DNA from: Archangium sp.
Lineage (GTDB): Bacteria; Myxococcota; Myxococcia; Myxococcales; Myxococcaceae
DNA: 10,181 bases
Assembly (NCBI GenBank): GCA_031367385.1
Contig: JANLPS010000406.1
Location: forward strand, 1-10,181
Reading direction: 5' to 3'
Part shown: in pieces, positions 7,794-10,181 of the stretch
Layout: each line of letters opens with the position of its first letter
How positions within the stretch are numbered: the stretch's first letter is position 1
Notes under the pieces: model-generated
Told to the model about the DNA's origin: nothing
The model's input: the letters and a program-made list of their open reading frames with translations, nothing else
Database searches by the model: none
Position numbers and translations under genes: made by a program

Positions 7794-8250
7794 GCGCACG
7801 GTGCAACTCGGGGGTTTCGGGGCCGTTTGGTCTTCGCCGAAGCCGCGCGGAGGCGCGATGTGGCCAGGTGCACGGTGCAGGTCACTATGTCCGGCCCGCT
7901 CATCGCTTGCCGGTAAGCGGGTGAGGGTACGAGGTGCCCAGGTGCACGCTGCGACGGCCGGTTTCGCAGCTGGTTTGCCCTTTCCGGGAAGCGTGCGCGG
8001 GTACGAAACCGTAAGGTGCACGCTGCACTTCAACGTGGCGCGGCGCGACTGCGCTTCGCGGTGAGCCCGTCAGCGGTCGAAGTGCCCAGTTGCATGGTGC
8101 AACTCGTCGCGTCGGGGAGTGGCTTCGCTTCGCGGTTAGCGCGAGAGGGTGTGCCGCGGTGGAGTGCACGCTGCAACGCATCACCTTCGGGCCTGGTTGG
8201 GCTTCGTCGGAAGCCCCAAGCTGGTGCGAGACCCCGACGTGTACGGTGCC
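7794..8250. repeat. Non-coding 74-bp-period array of two alternating palindromic boxes with variable spacers
   Basis: Box A starts at 7794, 7868, 7942, 8016, 8090, 8164 and 8239 (spacings 74,74,74,74,74,75). Box B (GCTT-N6-AAGC-like) starts at 7831, 7905, 7979, 8053, 8127 and 8201, each box A + 37. The period is not a multiple of 3. Confidence 0.9.
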
Positions 8251-8487
8251 GCCCAGGGTTTTGAAGTCGATCGCACCTCGCGCGAATAGGGTTGCTGCTC
8301 ACCCAGAGCCCCGATGTGGCGTTGTCATCTGAAGATGGGCACGTCAGCATCCAATTCGAGAAGCTCCGAATGACCGCCCTGACGCTTCGAGAGGTCAGTC
8401 GCTTTGAACGCGGGTTGCTCCGACCTCGGGGTAAGCGGTGATGCGCGTACCCAAGTCGAAGAGAAAGAAGAGCTGAGCTTCACCGGT

Positions 8488-8521
8488 GCTGGCGGGCTTT
8501 CGACTCATTGCGCCCGCCAGC
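8488..8521. terminator. GC-rich inverted repeat, possible terminator between phoD and the array
   Basis: GCTGGCGGGC (8488-8497) pairs with GCCCGCCAGC (8512-8521): perfect 10-bp stem, 14-nt loop. No U-tract is directly adjacent on either strand. Confidence 0.45.
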
Positions 8522-8571
8522 GGCGAGGAGCATCAGCGCACCAGGCGGCACGACTCTCATCCACCAGCTCC

Positions 8572-10041
8572 TCAGATTGACAATCCGGCGTCGCCTTCGA
8601 GAACCGAGGTCTTGAGCTGTGGTCGCTCGCCGCTCTTCCACAGTGCAGCGGTGTGTAAGACGCGATACCGAATTGGCCCGCCGTCGGGTTTTTCGCTCCG
8701 TGCGATGGGCCGGGGAATGCACACGAACTCCGTTCGCATCTCAGTGCCCGTCAGCCGAACCTTCGAATAGCCATGGCCGCCGAGATCGACGAACTCGAGG
8801 TGCGGGGCAAGGTCGGGGTTCGACAGGGCACGCGCGCGCTTCAGATCGAAGCTCTTCGCGTATTCAAGGCACGAGCGAACGCCGTGTTTCACCAGCATGT
8901 TGTACGTCCAGTCGGGCTTCGCTCCGTCGGGCCGGTCGGCGAGGAAGAGCGGGCGTAGCGGGTCGGTCTTGGAAAAATTGTGCTCGGTGGCTTCCATCGT
9001 CCCCGGGCTCGAGAGCGAGGCGCCGACGAAGCTCAAGCCGACGGGGTCGAACTTGCCTGGCGGCAGCTCGGAGGTCGCGTAGCCCGCCCAGAAGCTGTGG
9101 CGGTCGCCCGAAACGATCGCGAAGCCGGTGATCTTTGCGTCGCGCACGAGGTCGTAGATTTCGGCGCGCTCTTTGTAGGCCGAGCCGTAGTCGCCGGTGC
9201 CGAGCGAGGCAAAGGTGTTCTTCGGCCACGTTTCCTTGGTCAGGCCCGGAGGCAGATTTTGCGGGTCGGCGCGCTGGTCGAGTGCGCCTTGTGAATTGCC
9301 CCAGATTTTCCACGTCGCGGTTGAATGGCGGAGCTGGTCTTTGAACCAAGCTTTCTGCTCGGCTCCGAGGATCGTCTGCGGCGGTGCGCTGCGCTGCGAA
9401 TTGGGGACCTTCGCGCCATTGAAGCTGACTTCCGCCGGTGGTTTCCCTCCGTTGAAGGCACGGCCGCCGTCGAGAACCTTCGCCACGTCCTCCGGAAACA
9501 TGCCCGGGAACTCCGGCCCGAAAGCGCCGGCCGCCGGGTCGCTGAACGGGTCGGCGCTGCGATAGCTGTGTTGATCGGTGATGATGAGGTCGAGGTGTTT
9601 GCCGTAGCGATACGAGCGGTGGCCGATCAGGCTTTTGATCGCGGCCAGGTTGTTGGGCTCGTCGCCAAGGCCGTTCTCGTCCCACTTTTCGATGGCGACA
9701 TTTTTAACCTCGGGCGGCTCGAAGCTCTCGAGTGAGGGGCCGCTGACCTTCTTGCAACGCGACGGCAGGTATTCCCACCAGGCCTGGTTGGCGGCGACCT
9801 TGATGCTCTGGCCGGGCCGCGCCTTGCCGGCCTTCTGAATGCTCTGCCAGCCTTGCCACGAGAACTCGTGGTTGTCCCAGATCATGACGAACGGCCAGCG
9901 CGCGCGAGCGTCTTGGAGGTCAGGATCGGCGAGATACCCTTTGTAGATGGCCCGGTAGCCATCGACGGTCAGCGGTATGTGGAACCCTCCGACCTTGTCG
10001 CCGTCTGCGATGCGCGCGACCTCAAAGATGGTGCGGTCGTA
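8572..10041 (-). pseudogene. phoD: Alkaline phosphatase D family metallophosphatase, 5'-truncated; the C-terminal ~489 codons are in frame
   Basis: PhoD motifs present: YRAIYKGYLADPDLQDARARWP, IWDNHEF, AANQAWWEY.P, DQHSYR, TILGAEQKAWF...S.ATWKIW, VSGDRH. The Tat leader, N-terminal domain, SC and GDxIY motifs are absent. Sequence before YDRTIFEV is unrelated and overlaps another gene's 3' end. Confidence 0.8.
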
Positions 10042-10063
10042 CCCACGCGATCCGTATCGGGCC

Positions 10064-10181
10064 CTATGACGCAAGCGCTTGAGGGGGCTGATCGGCAAGC
10101 ATCGGCTTGATCGCGGCACCTCCGATGAATTGAAGGTCGAGAGTGGTGCCGAGCGACAGTGCGTTCCACGCGAGTCGTTGG
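10064..10181 (-). CDS. Partial CDS (3' end only; enters from the right edge), unknown product
   Basis: Open frame from the edge: ...QRLAWNALSLGTTLDLQFIGGAAIKPMLADQPPQALAS* with TAG at 10064-10066. Composition is protein-like and the frame differs from phoD. Confidence 0.5.
   Translation of the reverse strand, partial: QRLAWNALSLGTTLDLQFIGGAAIKPMLADQPPQALAS

Noticed and set aside
7794..8250. Calling the array a CRISPR array
   Set aside because: The conserved box is only about 12 bp and degenerate, the spacers are 62-63 nt and share an internal second box, and there are no cas genes in the window.
7794..8250. Integron attC cassette array
   Set aside because: No consistent RYYYAAC...GTTRRRY ends, no cassette ORFs between units, and no integrase in the window.
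431..8250. Array box A as further binding sites for the ArsR protein (both contain TGCA...TGCA)
   Set aside because: Half-site spacing differs (N6 in the operators, N3 in the array), the loci are about 7 kb apart, and a shared 4-mer is weak evidence.
7709..8349. Extra degenerate array units at 7709 (GAGCACCGTCCG), about 8312-8335 (CGATGTGGC...) and 8337 (GGGCACGTCAGCA)
   Set aside because: They are off the 74-bp register (85 or 98 bp away) and match poorly. They may be decayed edges but are not supportable.
7598..8350. ORFs over the array (7598-7903, 7692-8033, 7801-8064, 7900-8184, 8016-8264, 8030-8350, 8090-8332) with recurring CTV/CTL/VH peptides
   Set aside because: The peptides are by-products of box A read in shifting frames because the period is 74. 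The ORFs are Arg/Ala/Pro-rich, overlap one another on both strands and lack clear RBSs.
10042..10119. GTG at 10119 as the true phoD start
   Set aside because: The added peptide (MPRSSRCLPISPLKRLRHRARYGSRG) is not PhoD-like or a Tat signal, and it overlaps a more protein-like frame ending at 10064.

Overview
High-GC bacterial window, probably Myxococcota-like (inferred from a lipoprotein-type DUF1592/DUF1588 gene paired with DUF1552). From left to right: the 5' part of a zinc-ribbon gene running off the left edge; an ArsR/SmtB regulator with a duplicated operator, followed by an alpha/beta-hydrolase and a sterol desaturase/fatty-acid hydroxylase; a convergent DUF1592+DUF1552 operon; two small convergent orphan genes; a remnant of a Zn-dependent alcohol dehydrogenase; a 254-aa orphan gene with a sigma54-like promoter and terminator; a non-coding array; an N-terminally truncated phoD; and the 3' end of another gene at the right edge. 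The most striking element is the array at about 7794-8250. It has seven copies of a 12-bp palindromic box (consensus GTGCACG[G/C]TGCA) at a near-exact 74-bp period, alternating with a second palindromic box (GCTT-N6-AAGC) 37 bp downstream of each, separated by variable sequence. It lies directly upstream of the orphan gene, and gene plus array are a candidate undescribed module. All family calls come from motif recognition by eye; no searches were run.
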